Below, one piece after another: positions 21,802 to 33,552 of a DNA stretch of 64,000 nt; positions within the stretch are counted from its first letter, which is position 1, and each line of letters starts with the position of its first letter. The notes beneath the pieces are model-generated. The model worked only from the letters and a program-made list of their open reading frames with translations, was not told the DNA's origin and made no database searches. The stretch lies in assembly GCA_000146045.2 (NCBI GenBank), contig BK006938.2, positions 288,001 through 352,000 on the forward strand, given 5' to 3'. A program made the translations under genes and the position numbers. Source of the DNA: TPA_inf: Saccharomyces. Lineage: Eukaryota.

Positions 21802-22122
21802 CTAATCAAATAAACCGAAACCCATGTCGTCATCGGATTCTTCTTTAGCTTCTTCTTCTTCCTTTTCAGCTTCGGCTTCACCGGCTTCACCACCAGCGAC
21901 ACCACCAGCGACACCAGCTGGGGCAGCAGCACCAGCGCTGAAGTTGACCAATAAGTCCTTCAAGTTTTGGCCGTCCAAAGCCTTAGCAAAAATATCAGCC
22001 CAGATATTTTCAACTGGGACATTGGCAGCGTTAGTCAAAGTCAACAACTTTTCAGAAGAGATTTCGATTTCAGAGTCAGCCAAAATCAAGGCGGCGTAAG
22101 ACAAAGCGGATTCAGTAGACAT
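21802..22122 (-). CDS. RPP1A: Acidic ribosomal stalk protein P1 alpha, 106 aa
   Basis: Ala/Gly-rich hinge and the conserved stalk C-terminus [13 protein letters not shown]. Confidence 0.9.
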   Translation of the reverse strand: MSTESALSYAALILADSEIEISSEKLLTLTNAANVPVENIWADIFAKALDGQNLKDLLVNFSAGAAAPAGVAGGVAGGEAGEAEAEKEEEEAKEESDDDMGFGLFD

Positions 22123-22641
22123 TTCTTCTTGTTATTTTAGAGATAATCGGTTTAAGCTGTTGTATTGGACAAAGCGGACTATTTCTTTATTCTTTTGATT
22201 TCTTTTACTAAAAATTATTCAGAACAGAAGAGATCGCAAACTTTATAAAGATATTTTTTTCAAATACCATGTAAAGGCATTCTTTAAAAAATGAAAAAAA
22301 AAAAATCATTACAAAGTTGCGTGGTATCATCTTACGATATTCGTACCTCACGATATGTAGCAGACATAGATGAGGCTACAGGGTTAAGGCTTCTTTTAAA
22401 TGAAGTATTAGACAAGATACTAGAGTTTAATAAGATCACGTATGGTAATGTTATTTCTTGCTGTGACAATTTTAGAAACAGAAGGCATGTGAGTTTTCAT
22501 ATTACATTAATTAAATGAAATTTTTATAAGCTAGGCTACTGTTCAGCGAATAAATATTTTCAAGCCAGTTTTATGAGGCAGGAAACGTCGCATTCGAGCG
22601 GTAATCATGAGGGTCCCTGGTAGTAGGGCGGAGAGATCAGA

Positions 22642-24471
22642 TCAGTATCCAACTTGATTTTTTTTTAGAAGTGGTTGGAATTCTGGAGTTGGCGTATTTA
22701 CTGCGCTAGAATTTTCGTTCTCCTCTTGCACTTGTTTGCTCTGTTCTTTTTCTACCACCCACCTGTCAAGCAGAGCCTGTGGAACATCCCTTGGTGGTAG
22801 CATAATCTCTATCATCCGAATTTTGTCATTGGTCGCAAAGTTTGGGTCACTGATCATGGATCTGAATTCTCCAACAGTAATAATTTTTTTCGTTTCGTAG
22901 TTCGTGCAACCAAATACTCGCAATAATCCCAAGTAGTTCCAAGGTTGGATATCGTAATAACTAGCATCTGACCTGTGATGCAAAAACCTGTCCACAGAGT
23001 AACCTTGGTTATTCATCACAAAAATATAAGGTGTCAATCCCCACTTAACAATTGTGGATAATTCTTGAACTGTCAATTGGAAAGCACCGTCACCCATAAA
23101 CAGAATAACTCTATGTTTAGTTGCGGGGAATTTATCCTTGTTTATCTCTTGAACAGCAAATTCTGCCCCAAGACACGCCCCCATTGTATATCCGACAGAT
23201 CCCCAAAGAGCTTGCGAAATACCTAGTGTATTTACCGGAAATCTGGTCTGGTTAACTCCAAATGCAGAAGCACCAGTTTCTGTTATGATTATGTCACCTG
23301 GTTGGAACCAATGGGATATTTCATTCCAGACCCATTCTTGTCTCAAGAGGACATTTCCTGCTGGGTAAGGTCTTGGAACCATCATACTGGGTTGTTCGCT
23401 TGGTTGGTAAGACAGTTTAGATTCATCAAGATTTGCTAATATTTTCTGTAGTAGTAATTTAATGCTCAAGTCAGGATATGTGGCATTTTTCAATTTCACA
23501 GATGTAGAATATAGTAGCGCACAATTCTTAGTTTTATATTGGAAGTGGAAAGTTGACGTGCTGAATTCGGAGAGCATGCAACCAATGACGATGATAAAAT
23601 CGGCAAAATCAACTACTTCTCTTACTTCTGGGGCTGATATCGAGCCCGTGAATACGCCCCCAAATTGCGGGTCTGTTTCGTTTACTGTACCCTTACCCAT
23701 AGGTGTAACAAAAACTGGAAATTTAAGCCTATTACAAAGCTCTTTAGTCTCCTCGATTAAATTCTGTCGACTAGTACATGCATCTACGATGATTGCCGGA
23801 TTCTGGCTTTTGTATATAAAACTCAATATTCGAGAAATAACTTCTTTCTCTACGTCTGGGTCGTTTTTATGCAATTGTAAATCCAGAGGTGTATTAAGCC
23901 TTGCTGATTCAATCGGGAGATTTACCTGGTTGACAGGCATGCCCATGTATACTGGCCTCTGTTCTATCCAAGCCTTTTTGATGCACTTATCGACTTCGTC
24001 GGCACATAATTCAGAGTCAATAATCAATGTTGTATAGCATGCTACATCACTGGCTATTCTATGAAATACCGTGAAATCACCATTGCCCAGAGTATGATGC
24101 AGTAGTAGTTGTTTCGTTTGTGCACTTGTTGGCGGCATACCCACTATGTGAAGTATTCCTACATGTTCAGCGTAAGATCCGGCCACGCCATTGATTGCCG
24201 ATAATTCGCCTACACCAAAGGTTGTTATGAGACATCCCAAGCCTTTTAGTCGTGAGTATCCATCTGCTGCGTAGGCAGCATTTAACTCATTAGAATTACC
24301 GGCCCATCGTAAGTTCGGAATGTTGTATAGTTTATCCAGCAACGGCATGCTAAATTCTCCGGAGAGTCCAAATATGGTATGTATGTTCAGCTGGTTGAGC
24401 CGATGGAAAAGATAATCTGATATTGCTATACACTTCGGCAGTGCATATCTCTGTGTATAGCTAGAATTCAT
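22642..24471 (-). CDS. THI3: Thiamine-pyrophosphate enzyme of the pyruvate/2-oxoacid decarboxylase family (thiamine regulon regulator), 609 aa
   Basis: 609-aa ORF with three TPP-enzyme domains and a GDGAFQLT TPP-binding motif. Length and position match YDL080C. Confidence 0.85.
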   Translation of the reverse strand: MNSSYTQRYALPKCIAISDYLFHRLNQLNIHTIFGLSGEFSMPLLDKLYNIPNLRWAGNSNELNAAYAADGYSRLKGLGCLITTFGVGELSAINGVAGSYAEHVGILHIVGMPPTSAQTKQLLLHHTLGNGDFTVFHRIASDVACYTTLIIDSELCADEVDKCIKKAWIEQRPVYMGMPVNQVNLPIESARLNTPLDLQLHKNDPDVEKEVISRILSFIYKSQNPAIIVDACTSRQNLIEETKELCNRLKFPVFVTPMGKGTVNETDPQFGGVFTGSISAPEVREVVDFADFIIVIGCMLSEFSTSTFHFQYKTKNCALLYSTSVKLKNATYPDLSIKLLLQKILANLDESKLSYQPSEQPSMMVPRPYPAGNVLLRQEWVWNEISHWFQPGDIIITETGASAFGVNQTRFPVNTLGISQALWGSVGYTMGACLGAEFAVQEINKDKFPATKHRVILFMGDGAFQLTVQELSTIVKWGLTPYIFVMNNQGYSVDRFLHHRSDASYYDIQPWNYLGLLRVFGCTNYETKKIITVGEFRSMISDPNFATNDKIRMIEIMLPPRDVPQALLDRWVVEKEQSKQVQEENENSSAVNTPTPEFQPLLKKNQVGY

Positions 24472-24950
24472 CTTCAGAATGACGACGGTGCGTTTTAGTA
24501 GTTATGTTCTTTCAAACCTTTTTTTTTTCGTTTTATTATATTTTACTCTTTTCTACACAATATCGATAATGAATTACGAATTTGGTGCTTACCAAAAGGT
24601 TCAAAGATTACTATGCCGTAAAGTATGAAGAAAGGGAAATTTGTTCAATGCATCGCAAGTTTCATCAATTTTTCTTCTATGTGAGTGCTTTTAGCAACTG
24701 TTTGCAATAAAGAAACATAGGAGTTCTTACAGTTGCCAAGGTTCTGCATATGCAGTCATACGCTTGTGGCCGGTGAAAATTTGGGCGACCGCTGCCTAGA
24801 AAAGCAGCAAGTGAAATTAAATGAAGGAAAGAGGACGGTCGTTATACGTTAGGTTAACTGCATACGCTGTGTATCTGTGTGCAGAAGACAAATGCATATT
24901 ATGTAATAGTAATGATACAATAGACTAAGAAATTTGAAGGATGAGATATA

Positions 24951-26050
24951 TCACAAAGACGATGAAGGTGCAGAAACAAAATGTTTCAACCGTTCTTCAA
25001 TGGCGGGCCGTTCCACAAGTGGAACATGGCCCAACTCAGTTTCCACGTCGAAGTCAAATATACGCAGGTTTTGTGCTTTTACGTAAGTGTCGGTATCACA
25101 ACGTTTGGTTTCGTCAAAATAGCTTGATAATAGACATTGTAGAGGTACCAATCTTTCGCAAGGGTGATACTTCAGAGTTTTTGTTAACAAGTCAAGAGTA
25201 TCGGGATCTTCGGCTTTGAATATTTCAGCCAAAGTAATGGGCTTGATATTGGGGAAAACATGGTCTTCATAATTTGGGTTCATTCCTGAAATTTCATCCT
25301 TTGTGGGTATGCCCATTATCTTAATAATTTCCACCAACTGATCTATACCGCTTTCACCAGAGAACAAGGGCTTGCCCAAAAGCAACTCAGCAATGACACA
25401 AGCGCTTGACCACACGTCGACCTGGTTTGAGTAATTAGTGGCACCAAACATGAGTTCGGGAGCCCTATAGTACCTTGAACAGATGTAAGACACATTAGGC
25501 TGATCCGGTTTCAAGCATTTGGCACTGCCAAAATCGCAAATCTTGAAAGAAAAAGTTGTCGGATCCACCAGTAGGTTTTGCGGTTTTATATCTCTGTGAC
25601 AGATTCGAGGAACGTTATGCAAATAGTTTAAAGCTTTGAATAGTTGGTATGCATAGAATTTAATTTCAACACGCGGCATCTGCATTTTCAAATTAACAAA
25701 ATGACGAAGCCTTTGGTATAACGACTGAGGCATGTAGTCCAAAACCAGATTGAGGTATACTTCATCTTCTTCGTCCTTTTCGTAAAAGTAGTACTGTAGA
25801 CCCACAGTATTTGGATGGCACAACATCTTCATAGTTTCGAGCTCCCTATTTTTATATCTTCTATCTTGTAGTACTTTCTTTATGGCAACTTTTTGATTGG
25901 TCTCAATTATTACAGTCGTGACTACAACACCAAATGAACCATGGCCAACCACTTCTGTCGTAGGATAACTGATGTCGATAGTTCCTCCATGATTTTTTCG
26001 GTCGACATCAGTTTTGCGGTCATGTTTATAAACCCGTTTATGAACTAAAC
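24951..26050 (-). CDS. MRK1: GSK-3 family serine/threonine kinase Mrk1, exon 2
   Basis: Kinase motifs [32 protein letters not shown] and SRYYRAPEL (GSK3 activation-loop Tyr). The exon starts with GT, completing a Ser codon, after acceptor ...TACTAACATAG. See the finding on an alternative AG 6 nt downstream. Confidence 0.8.
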
Positions 26051-26342
26051 CTATGTTAGTATATAATGTGATTCCCATAAAAAATGGTAGTTGATGTAAT
26101 ATGGAAAAATGTTCCGCTATGCTTCCTGATATTTCGTAAGCAAGTTTCTAAGATTAGGGATGCAATTTCATAAATCTTTATTTTACACTCTCTTTTTTTT
26201 TCTTTTAATTATTTTTTTTTGTGTCGCGATACTATGAACTGACAGTAGTTCCACTATTCACTCCGGTTGTGACGAAAGAAACATTCCTCCACTGGCAAGA
26301 ACATAAAAAAAAAAAATAAAAAATAATTATACATACTAGTCC
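26051..26342 (-). other. MRK1: MRK1 intron, about 292 nt; coordinates plus or minus 2
   Basis: GTATGT donor right after ...KTKERT-A on the minus strand (plus-strand acatac near 26332-26337). The single TACTAAC lies only about 5 nt upstream of the first AG. Exon lengths of 135 codons plus 1 nt and 2 nt plus 365 codons give 501 aa. Confidence 0.65.
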
Positions 26343-26748
26343 TTTCCTTGGTTTTAATATACCTATAATCAAAATTAATCATTTTCTCAACCTTCTCTTT
26401 ACTAAGCTTGCTACTAATATTTTCGTGCTTATTGGCAACTTTTCCATCTGTTTTACTGTCCGAGATATTGGCGTGTTCAATGTGATCAACTGCAATACCC
26501 TCCTTTCCCCCGTCTATCAGTTTAGATATTATAAGATTCTCTATGTCGTTGATGTACTCTGAACTGTTATTGAAATTAGGTACAGTATGGTGAACTTGAA
26601 CGTCGCTTACCTTTTTGATTGTATCAGGCTTTCTCTTCTTCTTTTCTAGGGCAGTATTACTCTGTATAGATGTCTTGTGTTTTAGCTGAAGGTTATCTGA
26701 GTTATTGAAGGAAATCTTTCGCACTAGGCTTCTCAACACATCGGTCAT
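26343..26748 (-). CDS. MRK1: Mrk1 exon 1, N-terminal non-kinase extension of about 135 aa
   Basis: ATG at 26748 ([11 protein letters not shown]...). Track ORF 26254..26748 runs through the donor into the intron. The donor GTATGT overlaps the codons for ...T S M Y. Confidence 0.7.
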
Positions 26749-27356
26749 AGTAGACTATTTTACAATTTTCACCTCTTCAATCTTGAGATTATTTTCAAGT
26801 CCCTTCCCCGCAGTATGGTAGAAACGGAAATACTTGTATGCAGCAGGGTTCTTATAGCACCAGTATTTTTTAGAGAATGCTTATTTAAGTTGCAAGATAT
26901 AGCGACAAAAGGAGAACCAATCTTTCTCAGATCCGCCGCTGGAACAGCTCTCCGGTAGATCCTAACGGATAATGCTGCCCCTGGTTAGTTCCTCATCGGA
27001 CGACTTTGCTCCCAGGGGCGGCCTTTGTCTTTCTCTTTTGCAGAATCAACTCTATTTTCCCCACCCCCCCGCTTTTTTTTTTTCATGTTCCTTTACCAAT
27101 CTTTGAAAAATCACGAGATGGTGCATATTTGACAAGGAACGCTTAAAACATCGTGGAGTGAGTGTGGTAAAGGTAAACTGGTCATAGCGGAATTGGTCAT
27201 AGCGGCGTAGTGCAGCGCAGCCACTAGGAGGATATGGTTTCCTTTCCTTCAATTTACTTGAGTATAAAATATCATAGTAAGCGAAACATTATACAACGAT
27301 ATGAGTCAAGATACAAAGGAGTATAGAGTTAAGAAAAATATAAAAATTGAAGTAGC

Positions 27357-28388
27357 TCATAGCTTGGAAGAGTCTAGGATGAAACTCTTGCCTTTTTCAA
27401 TATTCTTGCGTAGCTCTTTGACCGCAGTATTAACGAGTTGTTCCTCTCTCGGAGACAGTTTTTCCAGAACACTGGTATCGATGGATACTACGCTACCATT
27501 TCTCAAAACAATTGGCAAGGAAAAATACTCAATAGAGTTGTCGCCAACTAATTGCTGCGCTTTCTTACCGTTTTTTAAGCCTGGTAAATAAACGAATGCG
27601 GAAAGTGACTCCGTTTCTGGTTTCTCATTATGGAAGCTCCTCAAAACTTCTTCAGCAAACTTGGCCCCCGCGAACGCCATGGACAACGTGGCGGAACCGG
27701 CGCCCTGTTTAGCTTTGACAATTTCATCACCTCCGAACTGGACCCTATGAATGAAGTGCTCGTACTGCTTATCAAGTTGAAATACCAGCGATTTGTCGGT
27801 GATTATTGGGATAATGGTTTCCCCTGAATGACCCCCAATAACAGTGACCTTTCTGTGCATTGTAGTTTTGTCTTGTTCTTGTCCAATTTTGGGGTTTTTT
27901 AGCATCAAATAATCTACCAAAAAGGTTTCTGCACGTACCAGGTCAAGGTTCGTCACACCCATAACGTTTCCAGGTTTGAACTTACCCATTTTCTTCAAAG
28001 TTTCCACAGCAATAGGGACCAAACTGTTTACAGGGTTTGAAATGACTAAAATCCTCGCATTTGGTGCGAACTTTCCAACAGCGGTTACCAGGCTTTTGAC
28101 AATACCGGCGTTCATCTTGAACAAATCATCTCTAGTTAAACCGGGCTTTCTGGGAACACCAGCCGGTATTAGCACCACCTGAGCATTTGACAAGGTGTTC
28201 TCAATACTATCCTTATCATAACCGACACAACTTGAGTTGGTGTTGATGTGAGATAAATCCTTACCAATGCCTTCCGCAGCTCGGATATCGTACAACGCCA
28301 GCTCGGAAACGTAAGGGCTTAATTTTAGCAGTAATGATAGCGGTTGTCCCACGCCACCAGAAGCGCCAAGAATTGCGACTTTGACCAT
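27357..28388 (-). CDS. MDH3: Peroxisomal malate dehydrogenase, 343 aa, with C-terminal SKL (PTS1)
   Basis: [25 protein letters not shown]-binding motif and [20 protein letters not shown] signature. The C-terminal tripeptide is SKL. Confidence 0.92.
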   Translation of the reverse strand: MVKVAILGASGGVGQPLSLLLKLSPYVSELALYDIRAAEGIGKDLSHINTNSSCVGYDKDSIENTLSNAQVVLIPAGVPRKPGLTRDDLFKMNAGIVKSLVTAVGKFAPNARILVISNPVNSLVPIAVETLKKMGKFKPGNVMGVTNLDLVRAETFLVDYLMLKNPKIGQEQDKTTMHRKVTVIGGHSGETIIPIITDKSLVFQLDKQYEHFIHRVQFGGDEIVKAKQGAGSATLSMAFAGAKFAEEVLRSFHNEKPETESLSAFVYLPGLKNGKKAQQLVGDNSIEYFSLPIVLRNGSVVSIDTSVLEKLSPREEQLVNTAVKELRKNIEKGKSFILDSSKL

Positions 28389-28970
28389 GTTTATGATTGT
28401 TTGTCTCTTTTTATTTTCTTTTGCACTGACAAGTGTTTTCCCTTGATTTACGAAGGCCTTGATTGTTTTATGCTTGAATTCAAACCCAGCAATTCTTCCT
28501 TTTTCCCTTAGTCTTTTATAGGCCGGCGAAATTTATGATGGGCAGTAAAACTCCAATAGTAACGAACCGAAGGGGTTCAAAAGTTGTCAACTCGTGGAAA
28601 TTCACACGTAAGAAGGATACAGAAAATCTTGAGTAATAGACCATGCCAAGCATGTCCACTAGTCATAACGGCATTGCTCGTCATACGATAGGGTATTGAA
28701 CACCTTTCGGCCGGACCGGCGTTAACTCCGGCCATATAAATGTGGTAAAAAAGGGTACTGCGCTAATGGCCTACAAGTGTTCAAAACCTCTTCTATATAA
28801 TAAGTTATAGTGTTCTTGTACATATGTCGCAGGCGCGAATACGTGATGTGATTTTAGCTGTTTAATTTTAAATTTTGTTCTTTTCCTAAACAATTCACGG
28901 AAAATCAACTGAGAGATTTTTAATATATATAAGAAATACTAACAACAATAACAGCAGCTGTTAAGGGATC

Positions 28971-31900
28971 TTACTTATTATTTAGCTCATTTATAACTTC
29001 TCCCAAAGTCTTCTGTTTAATTCTCGAGGACTTTTCATTTTTAGCGTTAAACCGCTCCTGTAGTACTTTCCCACAGTTATAATGGGTGATGATATTTCTG
29101 CCTTCCCTGGTGAACCAGGAAATCGAATCTGTTCCAAAATTTGAAATTACTTTCTTGCAAATAGGACATTTATGGCTATCTGATAAGACTCCATACGATG
29201 ACATGCGTTCATTGAGTTTGTATGTGGTGGCCACAAGCTCAACCTGGAGGAGTGCCTTTTCTAATCTGGTCTCATCCATCTTTGATGTGTGCTTCTTTAA
29301 TAATTGCGACACCACCCTACCAATATCGTACAAGGAAATATCTTGAGGTAAATTTTTGTATATTTCCGCTGAATTCAATTTTGAACCATGGTCTTGCAAA
29401 AAATTCAGAATCAGCTTGGAGTTCCTATTGGAATCGTATATGGAGACTAACTTGCTGTACAAGTACAATAGAAGCTCTTCTCCCTTTGTCGAATCACTTT
29501 GGTACACGTCGTTACAGTAACTTGTCGCCGCTTTGTAATCATCTATCTCATCAAGTAATATATGCACAGCTTCCTTATGGTTTTCTAATTTTGATAAGGG
29601 GAAAATCTTTAGGTACTTTACGAAATTTAGTTGATTGGTTGGCAACTGGTCAGAGCCACTCTCAATAGCATCGTTCAATAACTTTAAAATTGTTCTAGGC
29701 TCATAGACAGATGTTGTTTCTAATAAAGACTTTAATTTGATTCTTGTGGAGGGAATATCTAAGTTTTCAAGATATAACTTGATCAGGACAGTATGCAATT
29801 TATTTCCCTCTAATCTAAAAGTACTAATTGCAAATTCTAAGTATTGTATGGCAAGTAACTTGTCGAACTTTTTGATGTACCCATACACTTTCAAATGGTC
29901 CCTACTGCTACAGGCTTGAGAATCATAAAAAAAAATCGAGGAAAGGATTTCTTTAATTGAGTCGTTGTGTCGATTTAGTAGCCAATCAGTATAAGTGAAT
30001 ATAACGTCTAACTGCGGGTTTGATAATTTTTTCAAATAATAAATAACTAATATTTTGACACCGTGATCGATTTTTTGGCGTTGTTTCTGGTCAGTATTAT
30101 CATTTTCCAACTCATCGACCAAATCCGTGAGAAATTTCAAAGCTTCTTCATGATTACCACGTTTATAGTAAAAATCAATTAAATCTTTGAACATATGGCG
30201 TATTTTTAATTCGGTCACTATAACATGGGAATCGCAGTGGTTTTCTACACGAATGAATGGACCCACCATGGGGGGGTTATAGTAAAGATAACATTTGAAT
30301 AAAACTGTATCTATCAGAGTTAACATTGTGTTAAGGTCAACATCATCGTGGTTGCTGATCAGAAAGAAATCAAAACTTTGCTTGATTTCACGGTCGCGAT
30401 AGCACCAAGTTATGCGGCTTTCGTCATCGTTTTCCTTGCTTAATAAGTTTTGCAAATGTCGCCTTGTGTCAGTCAAATAAGGTAAACACCATCTGTTCAA
30501 TAAGTGTGGCGGGATGTCATAAGTTTCCTTAACCTCCTCGGCTTCCTTCAACAAGCAGTGATGCTCTTGGCCCGTAATTTCCAATACCAAGCTTGAAATG
30601 GCTGAGGGAAAAACTTTCAAAATAACTAATTGAGGTGGAGCCCAAAATTTTATAAATAGGTCAAAAATACTCTTGATGATCATTTCTTCACATTTAGAAC
30701 GAATCATTCTCGAGTTTCTACTCCTTTCTAGTTGTACCATATAATTTTGAAACTTATCGAAGATTCTTAGACACCACATCACTGTTAAATCCCTTAGTTT
30801 CATAGCACATATATCCAAGGATTCTTCTGGATTGTCCGAAACACATAACTCCTTAGAATGAGGAGAATCAATGAAGAACTTATAGAAAAGCACTTTTCTC
30901 CATAGTTGATAAAAATCAGGATCATTAATGTCACCACAAATAGACTCTTGATCATCATCTTCAGAGCCATCATCTACATGATAAGAGAATAACTGTACTT
31001 CGTCGTTTGAAGTCCATACTAAAAAGTAGGTTCCCGAGAGATTTTTGACCCATTTTATACCTTCTGGTATTTTTTGTTGCAAAAAAGTAAATCCATTTTC
31101 ATAATCAACAAACTTGATGGTACTTGAATTATATAACATCAGGAGGTTGGACGACAAATATTGCATGTGATCGAATTCGGAATTTGATTCGGAAAATGTA
31201 GCATGGTCAGTGGCGATCAAAAATGGTTCCTCATTGTTATGCATTAACTCTACCTTGAAAATTTTTTTTGTAGCACCATCAATTATCATTGGGGTAGCGT
31301 CATTGCCGTCCAATTCAAAAGTATATCGTATTTTGTTGCCACGCTCGTTTCTTATGGTCCTATACCATAAGCTTGACATGCTCGACTTCCTGGACATTCT
31401 ATCCATAGAAGAAAAGGATTGAGCATCAAAATGGCTATTCTTTTTGGGCTTCTTTTCAATGACTTTCTCCGCCTGCTCTTTGAGTTCGGTTAATGCTGAT
31501 ATCATATCTTTTGGGAATTTGTTTTTCACTGTTTTTTCTATTCTGATTAGAGAGGGTTTATTATATGGCCAATGATAGATACCTAAATCTGTCGCTAAGG
31601 TGATTCCTGTTTCACCAGGATATATGGACCGAATGGTTTCCTTTCTATACGATAACGATGCTTCCATCATATTTTTGTAAGTCCTACCCTCCCATATTAA
31701 TACTCTCATCTTGGCAGTATTGATGGTTGAATATATTAGGTAAGTATTCTTTTCTTCTTTATTTTTGTGTGACCTTTCAAAGAGCCAGCAATGGTTTATA
31801 CCTCTTCTGTCAATTATTCGATCATATTCGTGTAAATTTGTAGTGCTCAATAAAATTAAGGTTTCTTTACATTGTGCAAAGATAGTTGAAAGCTCGTTGG

Positions 31901-32120
31901 CAAAATAAAAGTTTTCAATCACTGGAGGCAAAGGATCATTTTTGGCGTTTTGTAAGAGATCAGGATATACTTGAAATAATTTGAGTGTATTGCCATCTCG
32001 AGAGTAAACTTCAACGTCACCATTTTTCTTTGCTAAAACTAATTTTTGTGACTGTTCAGTGGGCAAAATCGCAGTGATATCCGATGATTTCAGCGAGTGT
32101 AGCTTTTGAGCTCTTAACAT
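28971..32120 (-). CDS. VAM6: HOPS complex subunit and vacuolar GEF-like protein (Vps39), 1049 aa
   Basis: 1049-aa ORF. N-terminal citron-homology/beta-propeller region, a CLH-type alpha-solenoid, and a C-terminal zinc-finger-like Cys cluster (CPICKK...HYNC). Length matches YDL077C. Confidence 0.8.
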   Translation of the reverse strand: MLRAQKLHSLKSSDITAILPTEQSQKLVLAKKNGDVEVYSRDGNTLKLFQVYPDLLQNAKNDPLPPVIENFYFANELSTIFAQCKETLILLSTTNLHEYDRIIDRRGINHCWLFERSHKNKEEKNTYLIYSTINTAKMRVLIWEGRTYKNMMEASLSYRKETIRSIYPGETGITLATDLGIYHWPYNKPSLIRIEKTVKNKFPKDMISALTELKEQAEKVIEKKPKKNSHFDAQSFSSMDRMSRKSSMSSLWYRTIRNERGNKIRYTFELDGNDATPMIIDGATKKIFKVELMHNNEEPFLIATDHATFSESNSEFDHMQYLSSNLLMLYNSSTIKFVDYENGFTFLQQKIPEGIKWVKNLSGTYFLVWTSNDEVQLFSYHVDDGSEDDDQESICGDINDPDFYQLWRKVLFYKFFIDSPHSKELCVSDNPEESLDICAMKLRDLTVMWCLRIFDKFQNYMVQLERSRNSRMIRSKCEEMIIKSIFDLFIKFWAPPQLVILKVFPSAISSLVLEITGQEHHCLLKEAEEVKETYDIPPHLLNRWCLPYLTDTRRHLQNLLSKENDDESRITWCYRDREIKQSFDFFLISNHDDVDLNTMLTLIDTVLFKCYLYYNPPMVGPFIRVENHCDSHVIVTELKIRHMFKDLIDFYYKRGNHEEALKFLTDLVDELENDNTDQKQRQKIDHGVKILVIYYLKKLSNPQLDVIFTYTDWLLNRHNDSIKEILSSIFFYDSQACSSRDHLKVYGYIKKFDKLLAIQYLEFAISTFRLEGNKLHTVLIKLYLENLDIPSTRIKLKSLLETTSVYEPRTILKLLNDAIESGSDQLPTNQLNFVKYLKIFPLSKLENHKEAVHILLDEIDDYKAATSYCNDVYQSDSTKGEELLLYLYSKLVSIYDSNRNSKLILNFLQDHGSKLNSAEIYKNLPQDISLYDIGRVVSQLLKKHTSKMDETRLEKALLQVELVATTYKLNERMSSYGVLSDSHKCPICKKVISNFGTDSISWFTREGRNIITHYNCGKVLQERFNAKNEKSSRIKQKTLGEVINELNNK

Positions 32121-32667
32121 TTAATTTTTGGTATAAATTGATATTTTGAAGGGTTTTTGCTGATCAATATAAGACCCGTCCGGTTGAAAAGATAATTGAA
32201 CAGCCGTAAACCTAATTACAGGAATCGCTCTCAATTGGTAAGATTTACACGATTAGAGCTTGACTTTTGGCAGAGTTTGTCACAGTCCACGTTTTGTTTG
32301 GCGCCCTGGGGTCCTTTTCATAAAATATCGTTTACTACCGATTCGGAATTAATATAATCTGAGGGCCCCGAAAATGGCTTAGTTACACATATTATAACCA
32401 GTCTAATTAAAAAAGCAAGCACCTAGGACGGCATGTTAATGTATGGAAGAAGAGTATGAATTTGCAGGAGAGTGAGACAACCAAACTATCCAGTTATAGA
32501 AACTTATAAAGTGAAGCTTTTGTTATATAGTACAACGCATCGTATATTCCTCAAAGCAATAATACAGAAGTAGCGCAGCAGAATGATATTTTGAATTAAA
32601 TTAAATACACACATGGCGCCAACTAAGGTTGGAAGGGAAAGAAGGACGACCAATATTATGTCTTTCC

Positions 32668-33552
32668 TTAGGTCCATTTTAAATTTTTAATATACCCGTT
32701 TGGTTCATGAGGTTTATCTCTATCTAGTCTTTGCTTAATGACAATACTATAGATACCGTAACTCAGTCCATCGTGTATAACGGTGGCTTCCGATCCCCAT
32801 TCCCGCGATGTTATATCAAATCTTTTTACGCTAGGATACTTTTGTAGAGTAGGCAAAAACAACAACTCCACCTCTAGATCAAAAGGTGTGCCTTCCAGTA
32901 GGGGAAGGTTACCTGTAACATTATCTTGATTAGTTACATTTACAGGGGTTCTTCTCAATTTGTGAAATGAGCCACCAGAAGGCGCTCCAATTTTGAACCC
33001 GCAATGTCTTAAAACTAGTATTGGGTCTGAGTCATCAGAATAGATATCACATCCCCATATCTCATTATTTCTCTTTCTAGGAGATTCTATATTATTGAAA
33101 CTTGCCTGAATATCTTCATATGTTATTTTTAGCGTTGCAATATTATTGATATTTTGAATACCGATAGCTGGAAGGAACGGTGGTGGAAGAGTGTTGTCAT
33201 AAAGGTTGTATGGAAAACTGTGCCTGTCTGAGTAACTTGTGGAGTCTTCATCAAAAGACCCTTCTTTGAAACGATTGTAATAAAGTGTACCCAAGTTTTT
33301 TAACTTGTTTGGATAGTGTTTCTCAGTGAAAGCAAGAACCGACTGTGAACTTACATTAGGCAGGTCGTAGGCCGAATTTCTGCCGTTTTGGTAATGCATA
33401 TACTGCTCTGGAAAAGAATGGGTGTTGCTTTCTTGTCCCTCCTCTTGCTTATTTTTTGTTCTCGCCGAATTTAGTAGTGTTTCCTGTAGTTTATATATCT
33501 GGGATTGAGTCTCTCTGTACGCCCTATTAGGATCTTGTTCGCTTACCGACAT
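32668..33552 (-). CDS. RXT3: Rpd3L histone deacetylase complex subunit, 294 aa from the second in-frame ATG
   Basis: The track ORF is 305 aa from an upstream ATG. The annotated-length product (294 aa) starts at MSVSEQDPN. Position matches YDL076C. Confidence 0.7.
   Translation of the reverse strand: MSVSEQDPNRAYRETQSQIYKLQETLLNSARTKNKQEEGQESNTHSFPEQYMHYQNGRNSAYDLPNVSSQSVLAFTEKHYPNKLKNLGTLYYNRFKEGSFDEDSTSYSDRHSFPYNLYDNTLPPPFLPAIGIQNINNIATLKITYEDIQASFNNIESPRKRNNEIWGCDIYSDDSDPILVLRHCGFKIGAPSGGSFHKLRRTPVNVTNQDNVTGNLPLLEGTPFDLEVELLFLPTLQKYPSVKRFDITSREWGSEATVIHDGLSYGIYSIVIKQRLDRDKPHEPNGYIKNLKWT

Noticed and set aside
23462-24037. 191-aa plus-strand ORF inside THI3
   Set aside because: Antisense to a conserved TPP-enzyme gene. 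No domain signal.
26254-26342. Apparent extension of MRK1 exon 1 ORF to 164 aa (ending ...[22 protein letters not shown])
   Set aside because: The continuation past KTKERT is read-through into the intron; the GTATGT donor sits at that point. The Phe-rich tail is translated poly-A/T intron sequence.
27052-27090. C8 followed by T13 (ccccacccccccgcttttttttttt) in the MRK1 promoter / MDH3 3' region
   Set aside because: A simple homopolymer pair, probably a nucleosome-depleted promoter element. Nothing beyond that is discernible from the sequence.
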